Of a stretch of 64,000 bases of DNA, positions 20,389-28,484 are shown piece after piece. Source of the stretch: Candidatus Forterrea multitransposorum CG_2015-17_Forterrea_25_41 (GTDB taxonomy: Archaea > Iainarchaeota > Iainarchaeia > Iainarchaeales > CSSED10-239); the NCBI GenBank assembly GCA_009392915.1, contig CP045477.1, positions 256,001-320,000 on the forward strand, written 5' to 3'. How positions within the stretch are numbered: the first letter of the stretch is position 1; every line of letters begins with the position of its first letter. A model generated the notes under the pieces. It had not been told where the DNA came from and searched no databases. It was given only the letters and a program-made list of their open reading frames with translations. Made by a program: the position numbers and the translations under genes.

Positions 20389-20507
20389 TCTTTATTCTTC
20401 TCTAAATGCCCATAAAATAAGGTTTTTAACACATCTATTTAAAAAGCTTTGGTATTATTAATTAATTAAAACATATAACTTTTATTACATAAAAGGGGGA
20501 ATTAAAA

Positions 20508-20777
20508 ATGAATAAAAGTACTTTAATAGAAGCTGTTGTTAAGAAAACAGATTTATCAAAAGCAAAAGCTGAAGAGTTTATTAATACAACTTTAGAAGCT
20601 ATGAAAGTAATTGTAAAAAAAGAAGGTAAATTACAATTAGTTGGTTTTGGTACATTCAAAGTTAAAAAAAGAGCTGCTAGAATGGGTAGAAATCCACAAA
20701 CAGGAAAATCTATGAAAATAGCTGCTAGTAAAACAGTTTCATTCAAAGTTGGTAAAGAATTTAAAGAGAGATTATAA
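20508..20777 (+). CDS. Bacterial-type DNA-binding protein HU (DNABII family), 89 aa.
   Basis: Protein MNKSTLIEAVVKKTDLSKAKAEEFINTTLEAMKVIVKKEGKLQLVGFGTFKVKKRAARMGRNPQTGKSMKIAASKTVSFKVGKEFKERL shows the HU signature (GFGTF, RxxRxGRNPxTG, beta-arm). Strong SD-like AAGGGGG sits 7 nt upstream of the ATG. Confidence 0.85.
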   Translation: MNKSTLIEAVVKKTDLSKAKAEEFINTTLEAMKVIVKKEGKLQLVGFGTFKVKKRAARMGRNPQTGKSMKIAASKTVSFKVGKEFKERL

Positions 20778-20815
20778 ATCTCTTTTTTTTTCTTTTTCTT
20801 TTTTTTATAATTTTT
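20765..20815 (+). terminator. Hairpin plus oligo-T terminator immediately after the HU gene.
   Basis: AGAGAGAT-TATAA-ATCTCT stem-loop overlaps the stop codon, followed by TTTTTTTTTCTTTTTCTTTTTTTT. Confidence 0.55.
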
Positions 20816-20912
20816 TAAAAAATCTATTTTTTAATAATCCCACTACTTCTTTTAAAACCTTTGTATCATAATTATGTTATACAATTAATATAAAAAAGGA
20901 GCAAAGATATAT

Positions 20913-21189
20913 ATGTTATCAAAAATAGATGATAGACAAAGATTTACAATTTCAAAAAATCTTTTAAAAGAAAATAAATATTTCTTAGATTTCAATTTAG
21001 AAAACTCAACTGTACTTTTAAGTCCATTCTCTACTGCTCCCCATCATCACTAATTCTAAAATAATTGTTTCTTCTGACAAGAAAAACAGATTTCTAATAC
21101 CTACAAGTATAAGAAAGTCTTTTGGCGTCTATAGTTTTGTAGAGGTCACTTTAAAGGAAGATTCTAAACTTTTATTGAAGTTTATTTAA
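20913..21189 (+). pseudogene. Tandem AbrB/MazE/SpoVT-like (swapped-hairpin) domain gene, interrupted. Frame 0 (20913..21053) encodes MLSKIDDRQRFTISKNLLKENKYFLDFNLENSTVLLSP... and stops. Frame +1 (open 21022..21189) encodes ...NRFLIPTSIRKSFGVYSFVEVTLKEDSKLLLKFI with no start codon.
   Basis: AAGGAG RBS 11 nt before the ATG at 20913. Two consecutive segments each resemble the RxxIPxxxR / ...VEVxLxxD...L AbrB-type hairpin and lie in different frames, with an in-frame stop between them. Confidence 0.4.
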
Positions 21190-21198
21190 ACTTATAAT

Positions 21199-21271
21199 GG
21201 TCATAATAGTGTAGTGGTTAGCATAGGAGTCTGTGGAGCTTCTGGCCCGGGTTCAAATCCCGGTTATGACC
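21199..21271 (+). tRNA. tRNA-His (anticodon GTG) with a genome-encoded G-1 pairing to discriminator C73. No encoded CCA.
   Basis: G(-1)+GTCATAA acceptor pairs with TTATGAC+C. D-stem GTGT/GCAT. Anticodon loop CTGTGGA. T-arm CCGGG-TTCAAAT-CCCGG. Confidence 0.75.
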
Positions 21272-21453
21272 CTTTTTAACCTTCCTTTTAAGAAAAGAAA
21301 CGTTAACGAAAGAAAAGTAAACTTTCTTTTAGGTAAAGAAACGGTATAACAAAAGAAAAGTAAAAAGAGATGTTAAAATGAAAAAAAAAATAAAAACATT
21401 TACTTTTTATATGTTTTTGTAATTAAAATATAATATAGAAAAAAAGATTAAAT

Positions 21454-22770
21454 ATGAATGATAAAATAATACTTGAAACCGCAAAAGGTTTTAGAGACTT
21501 TTCTCCTGAAGAAAAGATATTAAGAGATAAAGTTATTTTTAAAATAAAAAACATTTTTGAAAATTATGGTTTTTCTCCTCTAGAGACCCCAACTGTTGAA
21601 AAATTAGAAATTTTAGAAGCAAAGTTTGGAGCTGGAGAAGCTTCAGATGCAGTTTCTGAAATCTATAGGTTTAAAGATCAAGGTGATAGAGACTTAGGTC
21701 TAAGATATGAGTTTACTTTTGCCTTAGCAAGATACATTGGAATGAATCCTCAAACAAGACTTCCTTTTAAAAGATACCAAATAGGTCCAGTTTTTAGAGA
21801 TGGTCCTATTAAAGCAGGAAGATATAGAGAGTTTTATCAATGTGATGTTGATATTATAGGTGTTAATTCTCAAGAAGCTGATGCTGAAATAATTTCTTTA
21901 CTTGATTATGTTTTTAAAGAACTTAATCTAGAGGTTAACATAGAAATTAACGATAGACGTCTTTTAGAAGAAATCTTAGATTTTCTAAAAGTTACAAAAG
22001 AAAAACAAACTTCAGTAATTATAACTATTGATAAGCTTAAGAAAACAGGTAAGGAAGGGGTTAAAAATGAGCTTTTATCTAAAGGTTTAGATGAAAATAC
22101 CTGTGATTCACTGTTAAATATACTTCTTATCTCTAAAACAAACCAAGAAGCTTTAGAAGACCTATCTAAAACAATAGGAGAAACAGAAGGTATTGTTTCT
22201 TTAAGAAATTTATTTAGTTTTTTAGAGTATTATAATGTTAATTATATTTTCCTACCTTCTCTTGCAAGAGGGCTTGGTTACTATACAGGTCCAATCTTTG
22301 AAGTTTTTTTAAAAGATGAAACTATAATGTCTTCTTCAATTGCTGGTGGAGGAAGATGGGATAAAATGATAGGAAAATACTTGCAAGATGAAAATAGAAA
22401 TTATCCTGCTGTGGGTGTTGCTTTTGGTCTTGAACCAATCATGGAAATTATAAAAAAAAGAGATGGTATGGATAAAAAAACAACTGCTGATCTTTTTATA
22501 ATACCAATTGGTGATAAAAATATAAAAAAAGCTATTAGAATAACTCAAGAGATTAGAAAACAAAAAGTTAATACTTCAATTGATCTTTTAAAAAGAAATA
22601 TTGGAAAAAATATAGATTATGCAGATAAACTTGGTATAACATATGTTGGTTTTTTAGGAGAAAATGAAATTTTAGAAAATAAAATAAAAATTAAAAATAT
22701 AAAAACTGGAGAAGAATCTTTAATTGATGTTAAAGATGTTAAAAAACATTTAGTTGTAGAAGGTAATTAG
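21454..22770 (+). CDS. hisS: Histidyl-tRNA synthetase (class II).
   Basis: Class II motifs GFRDFSPEE, LRYEFTFALARY, FKRYQIGPVFRDGP, YREFYQCDVDIIG. GLGYYTGPIFE motif 3 region. C-terminal anticodon-binding domain. Confidence 0.9.
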   Translation: MNDKIILETAKGFRDFSPEEKILRDKVIFKIKNIFENYGFSPLETPTVEKLEILEAKFGAGEASDAVSEIYRFKDQGDRDLGLRYEFTFALARYIGMNPQTRLPFKRYQIGPVFRDGPIKAGRYREFYQCDVDIIGVNSQEADAEIISLLDYVFKELNLEVNIEINDRRLLEEILDFLKVTKEKQTSVIITIDKLKKTGKEGVKNELLSKGLDENTCDSLLNILLISKTNQEALEDLSKTIGETEGIVSLRNLFSFLEYYNVNYIFLPSLARGLGYYTGPIFEVFLKDETIMSSSIAGGGRWDKMIGKYLQDENRNYPAVGVAFGLEPIMEIIKKRDGMDKKTTADLFIIPIGDKNIKKAIRITQEIRKQKVNTSIDLLKRNIGKNIDYADKLGITYVGFLGENEILENKIKIKNIKTGEESLIDVKDVKKHLVVEGN

Positions 22771-22772
22771 AT

Positions 22773-23399
22773 ATGGTTAAAGGCGCTATAAAACCAATTA
22801 AATTAGAAAATATAACTTACTCTACAGGCAAGGGTTTAAAAAAATATGTTCCTAAAAATATTAGAAGTACTTTAAAGATAGAATACTTAGAAAAAAATAC
22901 AACTATTAGTAGAGCTTTTAAAAATAAATTAGAAAAAAATGTATCTGAATTCTATACTAAAAAAGCAACTACTAAAGAAGAATATTTTTCAAAAAAACAT
23001 TCTCAAATCTTAAAAGAATTTAATAGTCTTAGTTTGAAAACTGACCTTCTATCTTTAAATGAAAAACTAAAAGATATTAATGTTTCTTTTAATTATTTAA
23101 TTTCAAGATTACAACAATCAAAATCAAAAGAAACTACTTATCAAAGAAGGGTTTTTACTGCCTTTTTTAAAAAAGAAAAAGAAACAGTAAAAAGTCTTGT
23201 AGATAATTTAAATCAAATAAATAAAATTGATCTTAAAATATTTAAGCTTAGCTCTGATCCTGCTTTTAAAGAAAATATATCTTCTTTAGGACATGAAAGA
23301 ACATTGTTAACTGAAAAAACATTAGAAAAGTATACTGAACTAAAAATGAATTTAGATCTTTTTACTTCAAGTAATATGCTTGAAGCATTTAGTCTTTAA
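22773..23399 (+). CDS. Hypothetical Lys-rich, coiled-coil-like protein (208 aa), apparently co-transcribed with hisS.
   Basis: Begins 3 nt after the hisS stop. Low-complexity K/E/N-rich sequence with no recognisable motif. Confidence 0.4.
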   Translation: MVKGAIKPIKLENITYSTGKGLKKYVPKNIRSTLKIEYLEKNTTISRAFKNKLEKNVSEFYTKKATTKEEYFSKKHSQILKEFNSLSLKTDLLSLNEKLKDINVSFNYLISRLQQSKSKETTYQRRVFTAFFKKEKETVKSLVDNLNQINKIDLKIFKLSSDPAFKENISSLGHERTLLTEKTLEKYTELKMNLDLFTSSNMLEAFSL

Positions 23400-23436
23400 A
23401 ATAATTTAACAAAAGCAATACAAATAATGATCAAAA

Positions 23437-24375
23437 ATGGCAATAAACAATTTAATATTTAATGAAATTATAAAAAGAGGATATTCCCTTGAAGGAAACA
23501 CAAGAGTATGGGATTTATCAGATTCTAAACTTTGGTATATTACTCCTAAACAGTCTCAAGGTTTTTTAAATGTTGAAGAAGATGCAGAATATAAAAAATC
23601 TTTAACTGAAGTTGAAATTAGTTTAATTAAAAATAATCTTAACTTTATTCTCTCACAATTAAAAGCAAAATCATATAATATAGTTGATATTGGTTGTGGA
23701 AATGGTAAAAAAGCTTCTTTATTTATTGGACAACTTTCAAAACATCTCTCTATTAGATATTGCCCAATTGATATTAGTTCTTACATGGTAAATACAGCTT
23801 CTGAAACTATTAGAAGATTAAACATAGGTGATGTTTTAGAGTTTAGTTGGAATATTTCTGATTTTGAAAATCTAGATAATGTTACAGCTCTTTTTAGAAA
23901 TCAAAGTTATAAACATCATTTTATGTTATTTCTAGGAAACACTATGGGTAATTTTAGCCAAAATAACATCTTAGCAACTATTAAGAAAAGTATGAAGAAA
24001 GGAGATTATCTTTTAATTGGAAATGGTATTATTGATAAAGTTACTCCTGAACTTATTAAAAGTTATTATAATAAAGCAATGATTGATTTTTTAGTTCAAC
24101 CATTAAAGCTTATAGGCTTTAAAAAAAATGAACTAAATTATAGTTCTAGGTTTGTAAATTCAAGAATGGAAATGTATTTTACTGTTTTAAAAGATAAAAC
24201 AATTAAAAGTATGGATAAAGTTATTAATTTCAAGAAAGGAGATCAGATAACAGTTGGTATATCTTATAAATATAAAAAGACAGATTTTAAAAAGATTTTA
24301 GGTAAATTTTTTAGAAAAGTTAAAATTATAACAAATAAAGAAGAAACTTATGCTCTTGCTTTTTGTAATGTTTAG
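23437..24375 (+). CDS. SAM-dependent methyltransferase, EgtD-like (Methyltransf_33) pattern.
   Basis: Motif I IVDIGCGNGKK. The downstream pattern YCPIDIS...FLGNTMGNFSQ...GDYLLIGNGI resembles the histidine N-alpha-methyltransferase family. Family assignment is from memory. Confidence 0.5.
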   Translation: MAINNLIFNEIIKRGYSLEGNTRVWDLSDSKLWYITPKQSQGFLNVEEDAEYKKSLTEVEISLIKNNLNFILSQLKAKSYNIVDIGCGNGKKASLFIGQLSKHLSIRYCPIDISSYMVNTASETIRRLNIGDVLEFSWNISDFENLDNVTALFRNQSYKHHFMLFLGNTMGNFSQNNILATIKKSMKKGDYLLIGNGIIDKVTPELIKSYYNKAMIDFLVQPLKLIGFKKNELNYSSRFVNSRMEMYFTVLKDKTIKSMDKVINFKKGDQITVGISYKYKKTDFKKILGKFFRKVKIITNKEETYALAFCNV

Positions 24376-24497
24376 TTTTTTAATTAATTAAAAGAATTAT
24401 TCTGAAATAAACTAGTTTTAAAATAAAAAATAACTTTTAAAAACAATGCATACAATAATATATAAGTTATTTATAGATATATTTATGTGATTTTTGT

Positions 24498-27167
24498 ATG
24501 GCTGAAACAGAACTTAAAAAACAAGTAAGACCAATGTTTGAAAAAAACTGGAAAGAACATTATCAAGTAGATGCTCTTGAAAAACTTGGTTATGAAAGAA
24601 AAGTTTGCAGGAAATGTAATAAACCTTTCTGGACAAACACAAACAGAGATACTTGTGCTGAATCTACTTGTGAAGAAAGAAGTTTTATTGGAAAAAAAAC
24701 AAAAGAATTTTCATATACACAGACCTGGAAAGAAATTGAAAAATTCTTTGAAAGTAAAGGACATACTTCAATACCAAGATACCCTGTTATACCAAGATGG
24801 AGAAATGATCTTTATTTTACAAATGCATCAATCATTGATTTTCAACCATATGTTGTTAATGGAGAAGTTAAACCTCCAGCAGACCCTTTAATAGTTCCAC
24901 AAACTTCAATAAGGTTTGGAGATATTACAAATGTTGGTGTTACTGGAACACATTATACAACTTTTGTAATGTTTGGTCAACATGCTTTTAATACAGATCC
25001 TAAAAAACCATACTGGAAAAACGAAGCTTTATCTCTAGATTTTGAATATTTAACAAAAGTTATTGGTGTTAAAGAAAAAGATTTAGTCTTCTTTGAAGAT
25101 GTTTGGGAAGGTGGAGGTTATTTTGGACCTTCAATGGAATATTATGCACATGGTGTTGAACTTGGTAATTGTGTTTTTATGCAATTTCAAGATCTTGGAA
25201 ATAAACAATATGATCAATTAAAAAGACCAATTATAGATATGGGTGCTGGTTTTGAAAGACTTGCATGGTATACAAATGGTACACCTACAAGTTATGATGT
25301 AACTTTTAAAGATTTATTAGATTATTTAAAAAAATATACAAAAGTTAAATTTGACGGAAAACTTTTAGAAAGATTTTATAAACTTTCAGGAGAATTAAAT
25401 ATTGATGAAATTTCAGATGTTGATAAAAAATATAATGAGATTTCAGAAAAACTAGGTTTTGATAAAAAAGAACTTCTAGAAAAACTTTCTCCTGTTCATG
25501 CTCTTTATGCTATATGTGATCATACTAAAACATTACTTTATACTTCAACTGATGGTTTATTACCTTCAAATTCAGGAGGAGGATATAATTTAAGGATATT
25601 AGCAAGAAGAGTTTTAGATTTAAATAAAGAATTTAATTTTAATTTAGATTTTGAAAAAATATTTGAAATACATGTAACTTCTTTAAAAGATTTTGATCCA
25701 ACTTTAAGAAATGGTTTAAAGACTGTTATTGATGTTTTTAGAGAAGAAGAAAAAAAATATATTGCAAGTAAAGAAAAAGCTGTTCAAAAAATAAATGCTT
25801 TTTCATCTTCTAAAAAACAATTAACAACAGAAGATCTTGTAACTTTATATAAAAGTGATGGAATTACAGCTGAACAAATAAAAGAAGTTTACAAAGATAT
25901 TGAAATTCCAACAGATTATTTTACAAAAATAACTTTAGATAATGCTCAAGAAAAAGCAAAACAAGAAAACTTCTTAGATAAGCTTTTAGAAAATGAAAAT
26001 AAAGAAATTATTAAAGCTTTAAAAAATACAGAAAAATTATACTATCAAGGAATTACAGAAGTTACTGCAAAAGTAATTTTTTCTTCTAAAAAATTTGTTA
26101 TTCTTGACAAAAGTGTTTTCTATCCTCAAGGTGGAGGACAAAACTATGATCATGGAACCATAAATGGTCTTTATGATGTTTCTGAAGTTTATAATTATGA
26201 AGGAAAAATATTAGTTGTTTTAGATAATTCTCAAAAAGAGTTAAATATTGGACAAAATGTAATCTGTTTAGTTGACAGAGAAAGACAAATACAACTTAGA
26301 TCTCAACATTCTTCAACACATCTTCTAAATGCTGCTGCAAGAAAAGTTTTAGGGAATCATATCTGGCAAGCAGGTGCTTTTAAAGACGTTTCTCAAGCTC
26401 ATTTAGATGTAACTCATTATAGAGCAATTACTGATGAAGAGATAAATGAAATTGAAAATCAAGTTAATGAATGGATTCTTGAAGGAATACCAATAAATAA
26501 TTATGAACTTTCAAAAGATGAAGCTGAGAAAAAATATGGCTTTAGACTTTACCAAGGTGGTGCAATTCCTGGGAATGTTTTAAGAATATTAGAGATTCAA
26601 GGAATAGATGTACAAGCATGTGCAGGTCTTCATTTAACAAACACATCTCAAGCTGGTATCTTTAAGATTATTAAAAGAACTTCTGTTCAAGATGGTGTTG
26701 AGAGAATAATTTTTACAACTTATAAATCTGCTTTAAAATATATTAAAGAAAATGAAAATATTTTAAATAACTCTTCTCAAGTTCTTTCAGTTTCAAGAGT
26801 TGAACTTGAAAAAACCATTAAAAATTTCTTTAAGGAATGGAAAGAACAAAGAAAAGAAATTGATTCTTTAAGAGAAAGAATTGCTGAATATGAAACCAAT
26901 AATGTTATTGAAACTTCTGAAAAGAAAGTAATTGCAAAGTTTAATTTAGATTCTATTGAAATTTTAAAAATCTTTAAAAAAGTTGGAAATGTTGAAAAAG
27001 CAAAAGATAAAACAATTGCTATATATAATAATAATGGTAATGTTTTTATCTATAAAGGACCAGATTCAAAAATTTCAATTGAAGAAGTAAAAACTGAACT
27101 TGAAGAAAAAATGAAAAGAAAAATAAAAGGAGGAGGAAATATCCTCTTCCAAGGTAAATTTATATAA
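24498..27167 (+). CDS. alaS: Alanyl-tRNA synthetase, archaeal type.
   Basis: N-terminal archaeal AlaRS Cys-containing region (CRKCNKPFW...CAESTCEE). Catalytic-core motifs (RWRNDLYFTNASI). Editing-domain HxxxH (HSSTHLLNAAARK...H). Length 889 aa. Confidence 0.9.
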   Translation: MAETELKKQVRPMFEKNWKEHYQVDALEKLGYERKVCRKCNKPFWTNTNRDTCAESTCEERSFIGKKTKEFSYTQTWKEIEKFFESKGHTSIPRYPVIPRWRNDLYFTNASIIDFQPYVVNGEVKPPADPLIVPQTSIRFGDITNVGVTGTHYTTFVMFGQHAFNTDPKKPYWKNEALSLDFEYLTKVIGVKEKDLVFFEDVWEGGGYFGPSMEYYAHGVELGNCVFMQFQDLGNKQYDQLKRPIIDMGAGFERLAWYTNGTPTSYDVTFKDLLDYLKKYTKVKFDGKLLERFYKLSGELNIDEISDVDKKYNEISEKLGFDKKELLEKLSPVHALYAICDHTKTLLYTSTDGLLPSNSGGGYNLRILARRVLDLNKEFNFNLDFEKIFEIHVTSLKDFDPTLRNGLKTVIDVFREEEKKYIASKEKAVQKINAFSSSKKQLTTEDLVTLYKSDGITAEQIKEVYKDIEIPTDYFTKITLDNAQEKAKQENFLDKLLENENKEIIKALKNTEKLYYQGITEVTAKVIFSSKKFVILDKSVFYPQGGGQNYDHGTINGLYDVSEVYNYEGKILVVLDNSQKELNIGQNVICLVDRERQIQLRSQHSSTHLLNAAARKVLGNHIWQAGAFKDVSQAHLDVTHYRAITDEEINEIENQVNEWILEGIPINNYELSKDEAEKKYGFRLYQGGAIPGNVLRILEIQGIDVQACAGLHLTNTSQAGIFKIIKRTSVQDGVERIIFTTYKSALKYIKENENILNNSSQVLSVSRVELEKTIKNFFKEWKEQRKEIDSLRERIAEYETNNVIETSEKKVIAKFNLDSIEILKIFKKVGNVEKAKDKTIAIYNNNGNVFIYKGPDSKISIEEVKTELEEKMKRKIKGGGNILFQGKFI

Positions 27168-27179
27168 AGTGAATAAAAA

Positions 27180-28307
27180 ATGAATTTTTTAAAAATAATC
27201 TCTTTTGTCTTAATTGGTTTAGTTGTTTTTTTAGTGGCATCTTCATATCTTGCAAATGATTCTTTTCAAGATGTAAAATCAGATACTTCTGATAAAATAG
27301 ATTCAACTATTGAAGATGTTAAAGATAATAATCTTTTTTCAAAACCAAAAGATGCATATGATTCTATAAAAAATAAAATTACCTTTGGTTCTTTTGATAG
27401 AAATATTTCAACTGAAGTATTTTTTTGTCCTGAAGAAGATTGTTTAACAGAACTTTTAGAGTTGATTTCTTCTTCTAAAAAAACAATTGATTGTGCGGTA
27501 TATGATGTTTCTCTTGAAACTGTAACTGATGCTTTAATTGAAAAATCAAATCAAGGTCTAGAAATAAGGTTTATTTCAGATTATGGAACTTCTCAAAATA
27601 AATCTTCAAATTTAGGATTATTAAAAGATTCAAATGTTACAGTTCTTACAAACTCTTCAGAATCTTCTTACATGCATAATAAATTTTGTGTTTTTGATGA
27701 AAAAATTGTTTTTGTAGGTTCAATGAATTTTACATTAAATGGAAATTATAAAAATAATAATAATGTTTTAATAATTGAAGATAAAGAAATTGCAAAAGAA
27801 TATACTAACAAAATAGATTCTTTTTTTAAAGGAGAATTTTCTCCAAAACCTAAAGAAGTTTATAATGTTAATAATTATGGTAATCTAGAAAATTATTTTT
27901 GTCCTGAAGATGATTGTTTATATCATCTTTTAAGATTTGCAAATGATGCTAATTATTCTATTGAATGTATGCTTTTTAGTTATACTTTAGATGATTTCTT
28001 TCAAGAAGTTGTTGATAAAAATATAGATCAGAGATATATTTTAGAGTCAAGAGGAATTAGTCAATATTCTAAATATAATGATCTTAAGAATAATTCCATT
28101 CCTGTTATTTTAGATCAAAACCCAAATAGTATGCATAATAAATTTTGTATTATTGATGATTATATTGTTTTAACTGGTTCTATGAACTATTCAAATAATG
28201 GTACTAAAAATAATGATGAAAGTTTTTTAGTAATACATGATTTTGAGATTGCTCAAGAATATAAAGATTATTTTAATGACTATTGGACATCTTGGAGTAA
28301 TAATTAA
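27180..28307 (+). CDS. Phospholipase D-superfamily protein with two HKD motifs and an N-terminal signal/TM anchor. Secreted or membrane-bound PLD-like nuclease or phospholipase.
   Basis: N-terminal IISFVLIGLVVFLVASSYLA. Two HxKxxxxD(x6)GSxN motifs: HNKFCVFDEKIVFVGSMNFT and HNKFCIIDDYIVLTGSMNYS. Confidence 0.8.
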   Translation: MNFLKIISFVLIGLVVFLVASSYLANDSFQDVKSDTSDKIDSTIEDVKDNNLFSKPKDAYDSIKNKITFGSFDRNISTEVFFCPEEDCLTELLELISSSKKTIDCAVYDVSLETVTDALIEKSNQGLEIRFISDYGTSQNKSSNLGLLKDSNVTVLTNSSESSYMHNKFCVFDEKIVFVGSMNFTLNGNYKNNNNVLIIEDKEIAKEYTNKIDSFFKGEFSPKPKEVYNVNNYGNLENYFCPEDDCLYHLLRFANDANYSIECMLFSYTLDDFFQEVVDKNIDQRYILESRGISQYSKYNDLKNNSIPVILDQNPNSMHNKFCIIDDYIVLTGSMNYSNNGTKNNDESFLVIHDFEIAQEYKDYFNDYWTSWSNN

Positions 28308-28379
28308 AAATTTCTTTAAATTAATAATAAAAGAAATTTGTTTATAAACTTATTGCTTCTATATATATATTGTAGTAAA

Positions 28380-28453
28380 GGGGCTGTGGTGTAGCCTGGT
28401 TAGCATTTAAGCTTTGGGAGCTTACGACCCCCGTTCAAATCGGGGCAGTCCCA
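28380..28453 (+). tRNA. tRNA-Pro (anticodon TGG), 74 nt, no encoded CCA.
   Basis: Acceptor GGGGCTG/CAGTCCC (one G-U pair) with discriminator A. Anticodon stem TAAGC/GCTTA with loop TTTGGGA (G37). T-arm CCCCG-TTCAAAT-CGGGG. Confidence 0.7.
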
Positions 28454-28484
28454 CTCTTTTACTAAACTTCTTTAATAGATTATT

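Noticed and set aside
20508-20777. HU plus SD motifs plus intrinsic-terminator-like hairpins raised the possibility that the contig is bacterial (for example CPR)
   Set aside because: The surrounding genes are diagnostic for Archaea: split rpoB, rpoA'/A'', rpoH, L30e, aEF-2 with a diphthamide-site His, archaeal-type AlaRS/ProRS, and an ATP-dependent ligase. HU and SD usage are known in some archaeal lineages.
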